A DNA stretch of 63,800 bases, filler included, from Octopus bimaculoides (Eukaryota), in NCBI RefSeq assembly GCF_001194135.2. It is 6 parts of 6 records of this genome, joined end to end, with 100 filler letters (N's around TTAATTAATTAA, not from the genome) between each part and the next. Parts side by side here need not be neighbours in the genome. Positions count along the whole stretch, not along the records: positions 9,750 to 18,160 come from NC_068984.1; positions 18,261 to 29,030 come from NC_068981.1; 4 more parts are not named here. One strand, given 5' to 3'. Position numbers and translations under genes: made by a program. Every line of letters starts with the position of its first letter. The first letter of the stretch is position 1. Below are positions 12,157 to 24,095 of this stretch, piece after piece. Under the pieces are notes generated by a model, which worked only from the letters and a program-made list of their open reading frames with translations, was not told the DNA's origin and did no database searches.

Positions 12157-12373
12157 AATCCTTTCTACTACAGGCAAGAGGGCTGAAATTTTGGGGGAGG
12201 GGGCCAGTCGATTAGATCGACCCCAGTACGCAACTGGTACTTAATTTATCGACCCCGAAAGGATAAAAGGCAAAGTCGACCTCGGCAAAAAATGAACTCA
12301 GTACGTAGCGACGGGCGAAATACCGCTAAGCATTTCGTCCAGCATGCTAACGATTCTGCCAGCTCGCCGTCTT
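12157..12373 (-). mobile_element. SINE family A
   Basis: Full-length copy retaining 16 CpG. Confidence 0.85.
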
Positions 12374-12412
12374 TAATAATACTAATAAACAACAATAATG
12401 ATAATGATGATG

Positions 12413-12465
<53 letters not shown>

Positions 12466-12879
12466 TCTTTCTTTTTTGGCCACAAGGGCCACGAAAACAT
12501 TTAGAACAATACAAAGGGCATTGAGAATGTGCATAAAAACGTGCGAACAATAAAGCAGCAATTTGCAAAAAGATCATAACAAACTCCATTAGGAGGAAAA
12601 CATCACCCTAGGACAGCGCCACACTAGGACAACCAAAGAATTTCACAGATCCCGAGGTACCTTATTCACAGGGAATAACATTGCAAGTTATCCTCTCTCT
12701 CTCCTTCGTACACCTCAGCCTACAATAATGAAAATTCATTTGAAAAAAATTGATGGATGAGAATATATAACAAGAACAACAGTAACAATTATTTTTTAAT
12801 TTACCACCAGTATACTAAAAAAGAAAACAATAGAACACATCAGAGGACAATAACAATAACCTAGAAAATATATATGAGC

Positions 12880-13030
12880 AAATGACGTAATCAAAATGAT
12901 ATTTTGAATAAATGCGGCCATGTTGTCAACAGAGTCAAGTTTCGCAGTTTGTGAACGTTTGCCTAAACTCTGACGTAAGCAGCTTAGAAGCGATAACGTC
13001 AGTCGAGAGGAAGTATCTACGTAACGTTAG
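12880..13030. promoter_or_regulatory. Candidate promoter/enhancer (clustered CRE-like bZIP, YY1-like and ETS motifs)
   Basis: TGACGTAA at 12883 and 12971, ACGTCA at 12996, TACGTAA at 13018, GCGGCCATGTT at 12914, GGAAGT at 13009; motif evidence only. Confidence 0.3.
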
Positions 13031-14540
13031 AAATGATTGTCTAGCTTCAACATACAAAAAGAAAAGAAAAAAAAGAAGAAAAAGACATACAAAAACAAAT
13101 ATTCAAACACTATTGAATAAGTAAATAAGTGATATTTCATAGTCGTGCTTTAAATAGACCTTAGCAATGATTGGATTCTCAAAAACGTGCTAGTTGAGTT
13201 CATCTCGCTCACATCTCACTTTAGTATCACCGATTAATATGTTTCATTCTGTATATCTCTCAATTCATCTTTCAGCTCTCTCTGTCCCCCCCCCCACCAC
13301 CACCACTTCCTTTTTCTCCACACGTTCGCTTTCACCTTATCCCCTCTCTCACTATGCCACTCTTCCTTTCTGCCATCTCTCTTTTCCATCCTTCTCGCTT
13401 CTTTCTCCTATAAACTATACATGCTTATATTATGCATTCACTCTGTGTGCGTGCGCGCGTGTGTATACACACGCGTACAAACACACGCACATATACATAC
13501 ATACATTCGTACATATACATGCATATATTTACACAGACACACAGACGCACACATATATTGTATGCATGCATGCATGTGTATATGTATGTATTGCATGTAT
13601 GTGCCTATATTTGTATTGTGTGTATATAATGTTAATCCTGCGTATTAACAGAGGAACGAAAAGTCGACAAGATTTGTCTTATTTGAGATTAAATCTCAAC
13701 ACATTAAAAAAAAAACAGAAAAAAAAACCAGAAAAAGAAAACTGCTGTTTAGAAAGCAATTTTATTTATTTATTTATTCTTAAATATAAACAACGTTTTT
13801 TTTTATAATTTTTTTTTTCGGTGGGCAAATCATTAGTCATTAATATTCATTAAATTTCGGTGGTGGAATGATGGTGGGGGGGAGTAATATAAAACAAAAG
13901 AACGACAGATGTAGTAAAATTGTAAAAACGCAAGGAAATGCAATGAGTTCTTTTTACTTTGTTTTGTTTTATTTTGTGCTTTTTTTTTAACAGGAACTCG
14001 CTTCGTTAATATTCATAATTTATTTTGTATGGTTTTCTTTGTGGTGGGCGGGAACTAAAGACACCAGATTAATTTATGAAAATGCATTATTATTTACTGG
14101 GAATATATGTAAATATATCTTTAAAAATAGGACGTAAATACAGAATAGTAACAATGACATTAAATACAAAAACAAAAATACAAGTCTGGTTTATATTCTT
14201 TCCTCTTCTTAGACTGGTTTACATTCTCTACCTCCTTTATATCTATCTAGGAAAGTTCTTTTCGTTTTCCTTCTATTTTATATTTCCTCGTTTGGCCAGC
14301 ATTACTTTGTGCCTTTGCTTATATTTTTATAATCGTATGTAACTCTGTTACTATAATAGGATAATATTTTTAAATAGTTTTTTTATTGCATTCTTGACAT
14401 CCGTATTTTTCAACGTTCCTAGATTTATATCAAGTTAGGTCACTTCTTGCTAATGTATAATAAAAATAAAGCAAGGATTATTACTATGTGTGTGCGTTGC
14501 ATGTGTTTATGTGTATGTGTGTGTATATGTAAGTGACTCT

Positions 14541-14582
<42 letters not shown>

Positions 14583-15635
14583 ACATACATATGTGTTTTT
14601 GTGTTTGAGTATGTGTTCATGCGAGCGTGTGCGTGATAGTATCATTTAGCCCCAGGTCGAACTGCGATCGAATAGACATCTAAGACGGGGAAAGGTTGCA
14701 ACTTGAAGGAGATTTGACAACTATTTCTGAGAGACAGAACGACTGCAAAGAGGTGTCTTAACTACATCTCCTGTACGTCTTCCTTTGTGTATACGCGTGC
14801 GTGTTTGTATGTGTGTGTGTGTCGTGTGTGCGCGCGCGATGTTAGTGTGTGTGTGTGTGTGTGTGTGNNNNNNNNNNNNNNNNNNNNNNNNNNNNNNNNN
14901 NNNNNNNNNNNNNNNNNNNNNNNNNNNNNNNNNNNNNNNNNNNNNNNNNNNNNNNNNNNNNNNNNNNNNNNNNNNNNNNNNNNNNNNNNNNNNNNNNNNN
15001 NNNNNNNNNNNNNNNNNNNNNNNNNNNNNNNNNNNNNNNNNNNNNNNNNNNNNNNNNNNNNNNNNNNNNNNNNNNNNNNNNNNNNNNNNNNNNNNNNNNN
15101 GCGGATGGAGTGGGGCAATGCCCGTGACCTTCATAGGTCCTACCAGACAAGTGAGATCGATGCGATCACGTTTAAATCACTATAAACTACAAACATAGCG
15201 TGCAAGCTTTTTTTCTTTATCATCATTAACGGTATTATTATTAACGGAAACAGTGTACGTTCACTAGAAACACCGCCGACAGAGCGATAATACATACAGC
15301 AATATCGCTATAATCGATACATTTGCATAAATACACTCATAAATATACCACACACACACATACACACACGTTTATATATACACACGCACACATATGTATG
15401 TCTATGCATATATATAAATGTATGTATGCATGTATGTATGTATGTATGTATGTATTATAAACATGTATATATAGAGAGCAAAACTTGGCCGATAGACCTG
15501 CTAAAAATACCAGCCAAATCTCACCCAAATTACGCCCAACCATGTGAAATAAAGCAGCCTCTGTGTGTGTGGGGGGGGGGCGTACGTGCGTGTACGTATA
15601 GTACTGTGATATATATAATCATCATCATCATCATC

Positions 15636-15682
<47 letters not shown>

Positions 15683-15683
15683 G

Positions 15684-15824
15684 AAGGCAGTGAACTAGCA
15701 GAATCGTTAGCGCGTCGGACAAAATGCTTAGTAGCACTTCTTTCGACTTTTACGCTCTGAGTTCAAATGCCGCCGAGGTCGACTTTACCTTTCATCGTTT
15801 CGGGGTCAATGGAATAAGTACCAG
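15684..15824 (+). mobile_element. SINE family A, 3'-truncated
   Basis: AAGGCAGTGAACTAGCAGAATCGTTAGC head after (TAT)n; B box GAGTTCAAATGCC. Confidence 0.8.
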
Positions 15825-16608
15825 TCAGGTTCCGAGGTTCTTCATTAAAGGGTCGAACAGACACAGTTAGCTGGTGAATAGGTGACATCTTCGGCCATAC
15901 GTGTGCTTGATCAACGCTGGACTGGCTGGGTGTGGGGAGGAGAAGAGCTACACACCATCCCCGTCACTATTGCTTTCGTGCCTAATCGAATAAGTATAGT
16001 ATAATGAAGCTTATCTATCTATCTATCTAATTATCTATCTATCTATCTATTTATCTATCTATCTATAGATAGATAGATAGATAGAAATATAGATAGATAT
16101 CTTTTTATTATAGCCACACAGGGCTAAATACAGAAAATGGACAAATTACAATGTAGAGCTTTTCTTTGGGGGGGAAAGGGGGGNNNNNNNNNNATTTCGA
16201 TCAAAAGGGATCGCGGAAAAAAGGGGGGGATTTCGATCAAAAGGGATCGCGGGGAAAAAAATAGATAGATAAACTTCATTTGACTATACTTATTTGATTA
16301 GGACCGAAGCGATAGTGGTGGCGGTGGTTTGAAGCTCTTTTCCCTCCCCTCCAGTTCAACACACCTATGGTCGAAGATGTCCCCCACTACCAACACCGAC
16401 CGTCTCTATTCGATCCTTTAATTAAGAACTGGTATACGTAAAACAAGACCCAATGTATTCCTTCCTTTATTTATGTGTACGATTTAAAGTGAAAAAAATT
16501 GCCTGCTATTTTTAACCGGTCGCATCCTCCCTCTGCTCGACGTACAGAGTGTCCCCGAGCTGACAAGGGTTTCCCTTTCAAGAAATTGTTCGTAACAACA
16601 CTACCCCT

Positions 16609-16639
<31 letters not shown>

Positions 16640-16978
16640 TACTCTCACGTATGCATGGCGTGTAGGCCTACATTATCATATGCATACATAAACATTGAAT
16701 ACGCATTTTTTGTGCTTGCTTTTGTTTTTGATAACAGAAGGTGGTGTCGGCGGGTGGACATCTATATGTCGCAATTAAATCTAGAAATAGAAGCTAACTC
16801 TTCCTTAACTCGGGCATACAGAGTAGATCTGAAGACAATATGAGTATACAAAAAAAAATGACAAAAAAAGAAAGAAGAAAAAGGTGAGATGGTCTTGGGT
16901 GCTGTATTCCTGATCAAAGACCGTGATCAGGACTAACCTGGAGCAAAATAAAGGACCAGAGATTGATAGATGGAAGGG

Positions 16979-17037
<59 letters not shown>

Positions 17038-17826
17038 AGGGAGAAAGAAAAGAGACAGAGAGACAGAGAGACAGAGAGAGAGNNNNNNNNNNNNNNNNNN
17101 NNNNNNNNNNNNNNNNNNNNNNNNNNNNNNNNNNNNNNNNNNNNNNNNNNNNNNNNNNNNNNNNNNNNNNNNNNNNNNNNNNNNNNNNNNNNNNNNNNNN
17201 NNNNNNNNNNNNNNNNNNNNNNNNNNNNNNNNNNNNNNNNNNNNNNNNNNNNNNNNNNNNNNNNNNNNNNNNNNNNNNNNNNNNNNNNNNNNNNNNNNNN
17301 NNNNNNNNNNNNNNNNNNNNNNNNNNNNNNNNNNNNNNNNNNNNNNNNNNNNNNNNNNNNNNNNNNNNNNNNNNNNNNNNNNNNNNNNNNNNNNNNNNNN
17401 NNNNNNNNNNNNNNNNNNNNNNNNNNNNNNNNNNNNNNNNNNNNNNNNNNNNNNNNNNNNNNNNNNNNNNNNNNNNNNNNNNNNNNNNNNNNNNNNNNNN
17501 NNNNNNNNNNNNNNNNNNNNNNNNNNNNNNNNNNNNNNNNNNNNNNNNNNNNNNNNNNNNNNNNNNNNNNNATATATATATATATATATAGCGGGGAAGG
17601 TAATAGAAAAATATACAGTAAAAGTTGCTATTTTAACACATTTGGATGGAGCGATATAAAGAGCAATACCTGGTTTGAAGGCATCCGCAATTATTATAAA
17701 CGGTTACTTACCTATCTATTTATCTATCAATCTATCTATCTATCTATCAATCTATCTCCCCCTCTTTGTCTATCTCTCTCGGTTTATCTATCTCCCTCCC
17801 CCTCTCTCTCTGTACTTGTCTGTCTG

Positions 17827-17898
<72 letters not shown>

Positions 17899-18025
17899 CA
17901 TACATATATATCCATCTATCACGTATATATTATGCATGTATGTATTATGTATGTATGTATGTATGTATGTGCGTGCGTGTGCGTGTGTGTATGTGTGTAT
18001 GTGTGTGTGTGTGTGTGTGTTCATA

Positions 18026-18126
18026 ATTTGCGACTGATGATTCACGCCGGCGCCACTTATCATTTGTCAGCTAGTTGAGTATTCAGGTGATCGTGGCGAG
18101 AAACTCGGAGTAACGACAGGGCAAAT
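18026..18126 (+). ncRNA. Degenerate type I hammerhead in a PLE terminal remnant
   Basis: CTGATGA 18034-40, GAAA 18100-03, near-palindromic ACTCGGAGT, GUA triplet, distal stem I ATTTGC/GCAAAT, followed by a short tail and (TA)n. Confidence 0.5.
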
Positions 18127-18160
18127 CAACAGCTAATGAATGTATACACCCCATATATAT

Positions 18161-18260
18161 NNNNNNNNNNNNNNNNNNNNNNNNNNNNNNNNNNNNNNNN
18201 NNNNTTAATTAATTAANNNNNNNNNNNNNNNNNNNNNNNNNNNNNNNNNNNNNNNNNNNN
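18161..18260. other. Artificial scaffold linker
   Basis: 44N-TTAATTAATTAA-44N. Confidence 0.95.
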
Positions 18261-18315
<55 letters not shown>

Positions 18316-18689
18316 ATATATAATGTCCATTAGTTCTCTGTAATTTAATGCAATACGTAATTCCTTGATGATCCATTCTGGTCAAGTCTCCAAATGTTCT
18401 TGGAACATCAAATGCAAAGTTCCGAGCAACCATAATGGTGTAATATACGTAGGAACTAATGATATAAACTTGTGTTTATTGTAATTCCGCCCACATTTGC
18501 TTTGTATGTCATAAATAGTAATACTAATACGTATAGTACTTGCTTAACCACTACACAGGAAGCAGAATGGACGATGACAAATCCACGTGGAGCTCTAAAT
18601 TCAACAGCAATCAGTTTGTATATTGCCTATCTAGTCATATTTAGTGGCAATTATAGTTTTCTATGTGTGTGTGTATGTGTGCGTGTAAC

Positions 18690-18861
18690 CTCGTGGGCAT
18701 CGGTACCATTTTCCTCTTTCTCCGTTCTTCCATTCTCCGAACTTTCCATCTTTCCGACGAAACGTCATACACTCTCTCTTTCCTTTCCTGAGCGTCCAAT
18801 AATACTATCCATATCACGTCCTCACTTTGTTGTTTTTTTGTTTTTTTGTTATTGTTTTTTT

Positions 18862-18866
<5 letters not shown>
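18690..18866 (+). mobile_element. PLE 3' terminal (pseudo-LTR) remnant with stem-II-deleted hammerhead
   Basis: CCGACGAAACGTCA, then tail TCCTGAGCGTCCAATAATA related to 20960-21125 and 38960-39054, ending in (TA)n. Confidence 0.55.
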
Positions 18867-18914
<48 letters not shown>

Positions 18915-19713
18915 AGCAGCCCGAGGGATATAAACAATATCGATCACGCATATAAAAGGTAAGTGTTTTGTCGGTTCATGGACAAGCCGCAATTGTCGGC
19001 GTAAGAGAATATATTCTCATTAATTCGCTTGGTGTTAAAACACATGGAAGTCACAGAGAAGCGAAATAACTCGCATCAGTTCCCGTTACAGGTGCAATAA
19101 ACATTAATGTTTCGTCATCTGTGTGTCTTGTCAATACCGCGTACTTGAAACGTGGTCAGATGCAAGCTAAAATACCTTCTTACGCCTGCAATCGCAGCCT
19201 GCCCACATACCTTGTGTATATGTGTTTTATATGATATGATATGATATGATATATACATAATTATAATAAGGGCTTGGCTTGCACCTCGCCACGCACTGAA
19301 AAATAGACGTCAAAAAACACTTTTACTACCATAAATTCTCCGAGAAAAACACACCACATAATAGGTTAGCAAAAGAAAGAAAATGAAGCCCTTATCATAA
19401 TTGTAATTACAAATGCTTATTATAATTATGTATATAATTATAAAATATTTGTAAAATTTGCCTATGAGGTTTTTATTTCCGCACTGACCACCTGGTAAAA
19501 ATCATTAATGATCTTTTACCCTTTATTATATNNNNNNNNNNNNNNNNNNNNNNNNNNNNNNNNNNNNNNNNNNNNNNNNNNNNNNNNNNNNNNNNNNNNN
19601 NNNNNNNNNNNNNNNNNNNNNNNNNNNNNNNNNNNNNNNNNNNNNNNNNNNNNNNNNNNNNNNNNNNNNNNNNNNNNNNNNATATATATATATATATATA
19701 TATACATATATAT

Positions 19714-19785
<72 letters not shown>

Positions 19786-19804
19786 GGATATATGTGTATA
19801 TATG

Positions 19805-19857
<53 letters not shown>

Positions 19858-20239
19858 GTAAGTATGTATGCAAGCAGGTAAGTACATATAGATATATATA
19901 CGAAGGTGTGCTGAGACTTTCTCGGCTTCAAGGGTATCGCGAAAGGCCTGGCTGGAGGCCCAACCCTCCGATTTCATTTATAGGGTTTAGAAAAACCGAA
20001 GGACTACTGCAATAACTGTATAAATCTGAAAGGGTAATATGTTGAATAAAATCATAATGTACTGATCCTCCTGCATTTTCTATTACCGAAAGCCAGGAAG
20101 TGTGTATGTATGAATATTACTTCATCTGGCCTAACGGCCCTCCATGTTTGTTTTCGTTTAGTTTGTTGTATGCCTCCACTGTCTTGTATTTGTTACCAAC
20201 TTTGACCCTCCGCAGATCCCGATTTTTATTTTACTTCGC

Positions 20240-20526
20240 TGCAGCAACTGTTTTTCGAAGCCTCATATTATCGTTAATTACTCGAAACGTGAAGTAGATT
20301 AACAGCTGACTGATTAACAACTGATAAAGGATCGTTCTTTATGTTACTTGTCTTGTTTTCCATTTCTTTCTCTCGTTGTTCGCATACCCAAGTTTGCCTT
20401 CGTATTTCATGTTGTTGTCGTATTTCGTAATTCATGTTGTTTACGTTTTGTGACGTCCTGTACCCACATATGCAAATATATATACATATATGTGTAAGTA
20501 TGTACATATATATATATATATATATA
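20240..20526 (+). mobile_element. PLE-like 3' terminal remnant
   Basis: Homologous to 33270-33560 (AGCAACTGTTTT...CTCGAAA...CAACTGAT...GTCCTGT.CCCACATATGC), ending in (TA)n. Confidence 0.5.
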
Positions 20527-20825
20527 NNNNNNNNNNNNNNNNNNNNNNNNNNNNNNNNNNNNNNNNNNNNNNNNNNNNNNNNNNNNNNNNNNNNNNNNNN
20601 NNNNNNNNNNNNNNNNNNNNNNNNNNNNNNNNNNNNNNNNNNNNNNNNNNNNNNNNNNNNNNNNNNNNNNNNNNNNNNNNNNNNNNNNNNNNNNNNNNNN
20701 NNNNNNNNNNNNNNNNNNNNNNNNNNNNNNNNNNNNNNNNNNNNNNNNNNNNNNNNNNNNNNNNNNNNNNNNNNNNNNNNNNNNNNNNNNNNNNNNNNNN
20801 NNNNNTATATATATATTATTATTAC

Positions 20826-20902
<77 letters not shown>

Positions 20903-20959
20903 GTGTGTGTATGTGTGTGTGCGTGTGTGTGTTTGTACATACACACACACACACACACA

Positions 20960-21125
20960 CATATATATGTATGTATGTCGTTACAGGCAAATAAAAAACG
21001 GAAAACGCAACAAAAGACAATTACACGTACATAGTGAATATATTACATGGACGCTCAGAGAAAGTTTTAGATGGAAAAATAGGAGTGGAAACGACATTTC
21101 GAACAAAGGCTCTTCGTCAGAATGA
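20960..21125 (-). mobile_element. PLE 3' terminal remnant with hammerhead core
   Basis: Minus strand CTGACGA-A-GAGC-CTTT-GTTC-GAAA-TG-TC followed by the family tail. Confidence 0.6.
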
Positions 21126-21719
21126 AGAAAAAGTTCAGTAAGGAGGAAAGGAAGAGAGAGCAGATAGTCCGAGGCATACATACATACGGTACATACGGGA
21201 AAGTTCTGAAGATGCAGGAGCTCATCTTCGGAGCCCTATCGACTGAATTGTTCACTTGAGAGCTTTATAGTTGTAATTTTTGTTAACAATTAATCTTAAA
21301 TCTCTAATACAGTCGAATGTTATGAGTAGTTCTACCGACGGTGAAGGAAGTATAGATGTTCGAGTACATTCCTTTTATCAAAGTGTATGAGATCGAACTT
21401 AGAAGTATGTTGTTTGTATCCATCGATAGACTTATAACATCTATATTAGATTGGAGACTTCTTCAGTTTTCTTCACTGCTGCTAAGATGTTGAAGTTTTC
21501 AGTCTTCTGTGGACACTTCTATTTTTTAGCTATGCTTGATGACATTTGGAATGTCGTTTATATACATTATAAAGTGATGTGCTCAGCACAATCCCATGGG
21601 CAAACCACATTGGTGGCTTTTGCTGGGCTTGAGCGGATTCCAGCGATCAGAGCATGATGGGTTCTTCTCACCTGGAAATACTTGAATTATACGCGCACGC
21701 GCGCACACACACACATAGC

Positions 21720-21764
<45 letters not shown>

Positions 21765-22223
21765 GAAGACAGATATCTGCCTGATGTGTGTGCGTGTGTG
21801 TGTGTGTGTGTACATACAGACATATACATATATAAGTATGTGCATATATATATATATATATATATATANNNNNNNNNNNNNNNNNNNNNNNNNNNNNNNN
21901 NNNNNNNNNNNNNNNNNNNNNNNNNNNNNNNNNNNNNNNNNNNNNNNNNNNNNNNNNNNNNNNNNNNNNNNNNNNNNNNNNNNNNNNNNNNNNNNNNNNN
22001 NNNNNNNNNNNNNNNNNNNNNNNNNNNNNNNNNNNNNNNNNNNNNNNNNNNNNNNNNNNNNNNNNNNNNNNNNNNNNNNNNNNNNNNNNNNNNNNNNNNN
22101 NNNNNNNNNNNNNNNNNNNNNNNNNNNNNNNNNNNNNNNNNNNNNNNNNNNNNNNNNNNNNNNNNNNNNNNNNNNNNNNNNNNNNNNNNNNNNNNNNNNN
22201 NNNNNNNNNNNNNNNNNNNNNNN

Positions 22224-22350
22224 AAAACAAAGGACGAAGACAGGTGTATGAACAACAAGCAAGTGTATTAGTTTGACACTCAGGAAAACTGAAAAAGTCT
22301 TTTACGTTTCGAACCTTCAACAGAAAAGAATAAAAAGAAATAAACAAAGA
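22224..22350 (-). mobile_element. PLE 3' terminal remnant (same family as 38513-39054)
   Basis: Minus strand CTTTTCTGTTGAAGGTTCGAAACGTAAAAGACTTT...CCTGAGTGTCAAACTAATACA. Confidence 0.65.
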
Positions 22351-22888
22351 TTGAATGAAAAAAATGTGTAGAATTCAGTGGTCCAATATGGCATACAGAA
22401 AGAAAGTGTGTGAGAGAATATATTTATACATATTTATATATGTCATATACGTATTTTTATATACATATGCACACACACATACATACACACACACACGCAC
22501 ACACATACAGTGAGAGAATGACAGAAAAATAGAGAACGACTGGAGTTGGGTGATAGGACAGACCACACACGGTCATAAATACCAGTTTAAAGACAAAACA
22601 AAATTTTGATGTTCACTTTTCTTGAAACAAATTATGAAACAAATACATCAAGCATGCGTGTGCGTATATGTGCGCGCGTACATATGTGTGAGCGCACGTA
22701 CATGTGTGTGCATGCGTTTATGTATTTGTGTCTGTGTGGTATCTGAGTGAATTTGTATGTGTGTGTGTGTGCATATACATACATACCTATATATACTTAA
22801 GTATAACGACATCTCCACACACATACGCACATACATACAAACACACTCACACACACACAGACAGAGATAGGCACACACATATATTTAC

Positions 22889-22976
22889 TATGAGGATATG
22901 TAAACCTCTTATAGAGATAGTTTTATCCAAGATACCCTGGTTTAATATATTATATTTTGAAGAGATATTTCTTCAT
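22889..22976 (-). mobile_element. Short PLE terminal remnant with hammerhead-like fold (copy of 45130-45216)
   Basis: High identity by eye to 45130-45216. Confidence 0.6.
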
Positions 22977-23514
22977 CGCAGCAGGAGGCACGAAAAAGAG
23001 TAGCTCCGTCCAACTTGCCACTTCCCCAAAAACAGTATAGAAAAGAAGCTCAAACACACTGAAAGGTGGTGCTCCAGCATGGCCTTAGCCTATGGCTGAA
23101 ACTAGTAAAAGTTAAAAGAAAACAAACGACACTACGCACGAGGCGCAGAAGAAAGCGTCTTAATTTAAGCAAGGCATCTATCCACTAACAGTGCTCAACC
23201 ACGAATAGTAGAAATTAGAACAGTGTGGTTTGTTTGTAGATACAGTGTAGAGGGTTAGTAGGTTTGTTGTAGGTCAAATTAACTTCGGAGATATTTTCCC
23301 CCACACAGAAACTGCTGGAGCTACTCAGAGATATTGCAAGCTCTTCTGAATGCGTTACAATGACGGGAATACCTCTGTATTATCAGCAGCTATCTCAGGG
23401 TCATAAGCGTTTCGCATCTTTGTCTGTATGCTTCAGCTGAGTGGGATAGCGAAAACTGAATTAGGTTTTCTCCTGTGAATGGTTCCACTTGCCTTCTCTT
23501 GTCAATCACAACAA

Positions 23515-24095
23515 CCTTGAAATGGTTTCAGCTGCCATGCCTACCTCCTTGGTAGCTTTTTTTCAGTTGGCTGGGTTTCAGATCATTCATGCGGGAAATT
23601 GCGTACCGATCTCACTGGAAAGTTGCGTCAGTTAGTTTCAATACATACAAAATAAGACCGAGTACCATTCTTTGACAAGGCCCTCATCTACCAAGTCCTG
23701 ATATTTGGTCTGCTAGTGAGATGTGTCGAGTCTATCCTCCCAGCGATCTGTAAGTTCAACCATGATGATTGTTTTTGCTCGCCAGGAGTGCAGAAATATG
23801 TCTGGTCGGAGTGATGCTACCGCTAACTCCTCTGAGAAGACGAGTCTGCCCGTTAGGTTCACTTTCATTTCTCAGTCTAAGGTTGGTTATAAAATAGAAA
23901 ACAGTCTCCCACTATTGTTGCCCTCGTCTGAGAAGTCATGTCATCTTCCCTAACTAATCTGATATCCTTGGTGGTGATGACTGCTGTTTCTTGGCTTTAA
24001 CCCTCTGCAGGTTTGTCCATTTGGTGATTTCTGCAAGAACCTTATCATGCCTCCACTTGTACTATGAGCTCTCTCTTGCTCCTGACCATTTATTA
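23515..24095 (-). pseudogene. HERO-type non-LTR retrotransposon C-terminal RLE fragment, decayed
   Basis: YKWRHDKVLAEI, LRPDIFLHSWRAKTIIMVELTDRWEDRL, KYQDLVDEG..W, AAETISRLL*LTR with stops and frameshifts. Confidence 0.7.

Noticed and set aside
18950-18965. Perfect splice donor AG|GTAAGT
   Set aside because: No acceptor or reading frame upstream, which is (TA)n and a PLE tail
19440-19530. Possible hammerhead in the terminal-repeat family also seen at ~9380-9450 and 50400-50470 (minus strand)
   Set aside because: Core positions could not be assigned consistently among the three decayed copies
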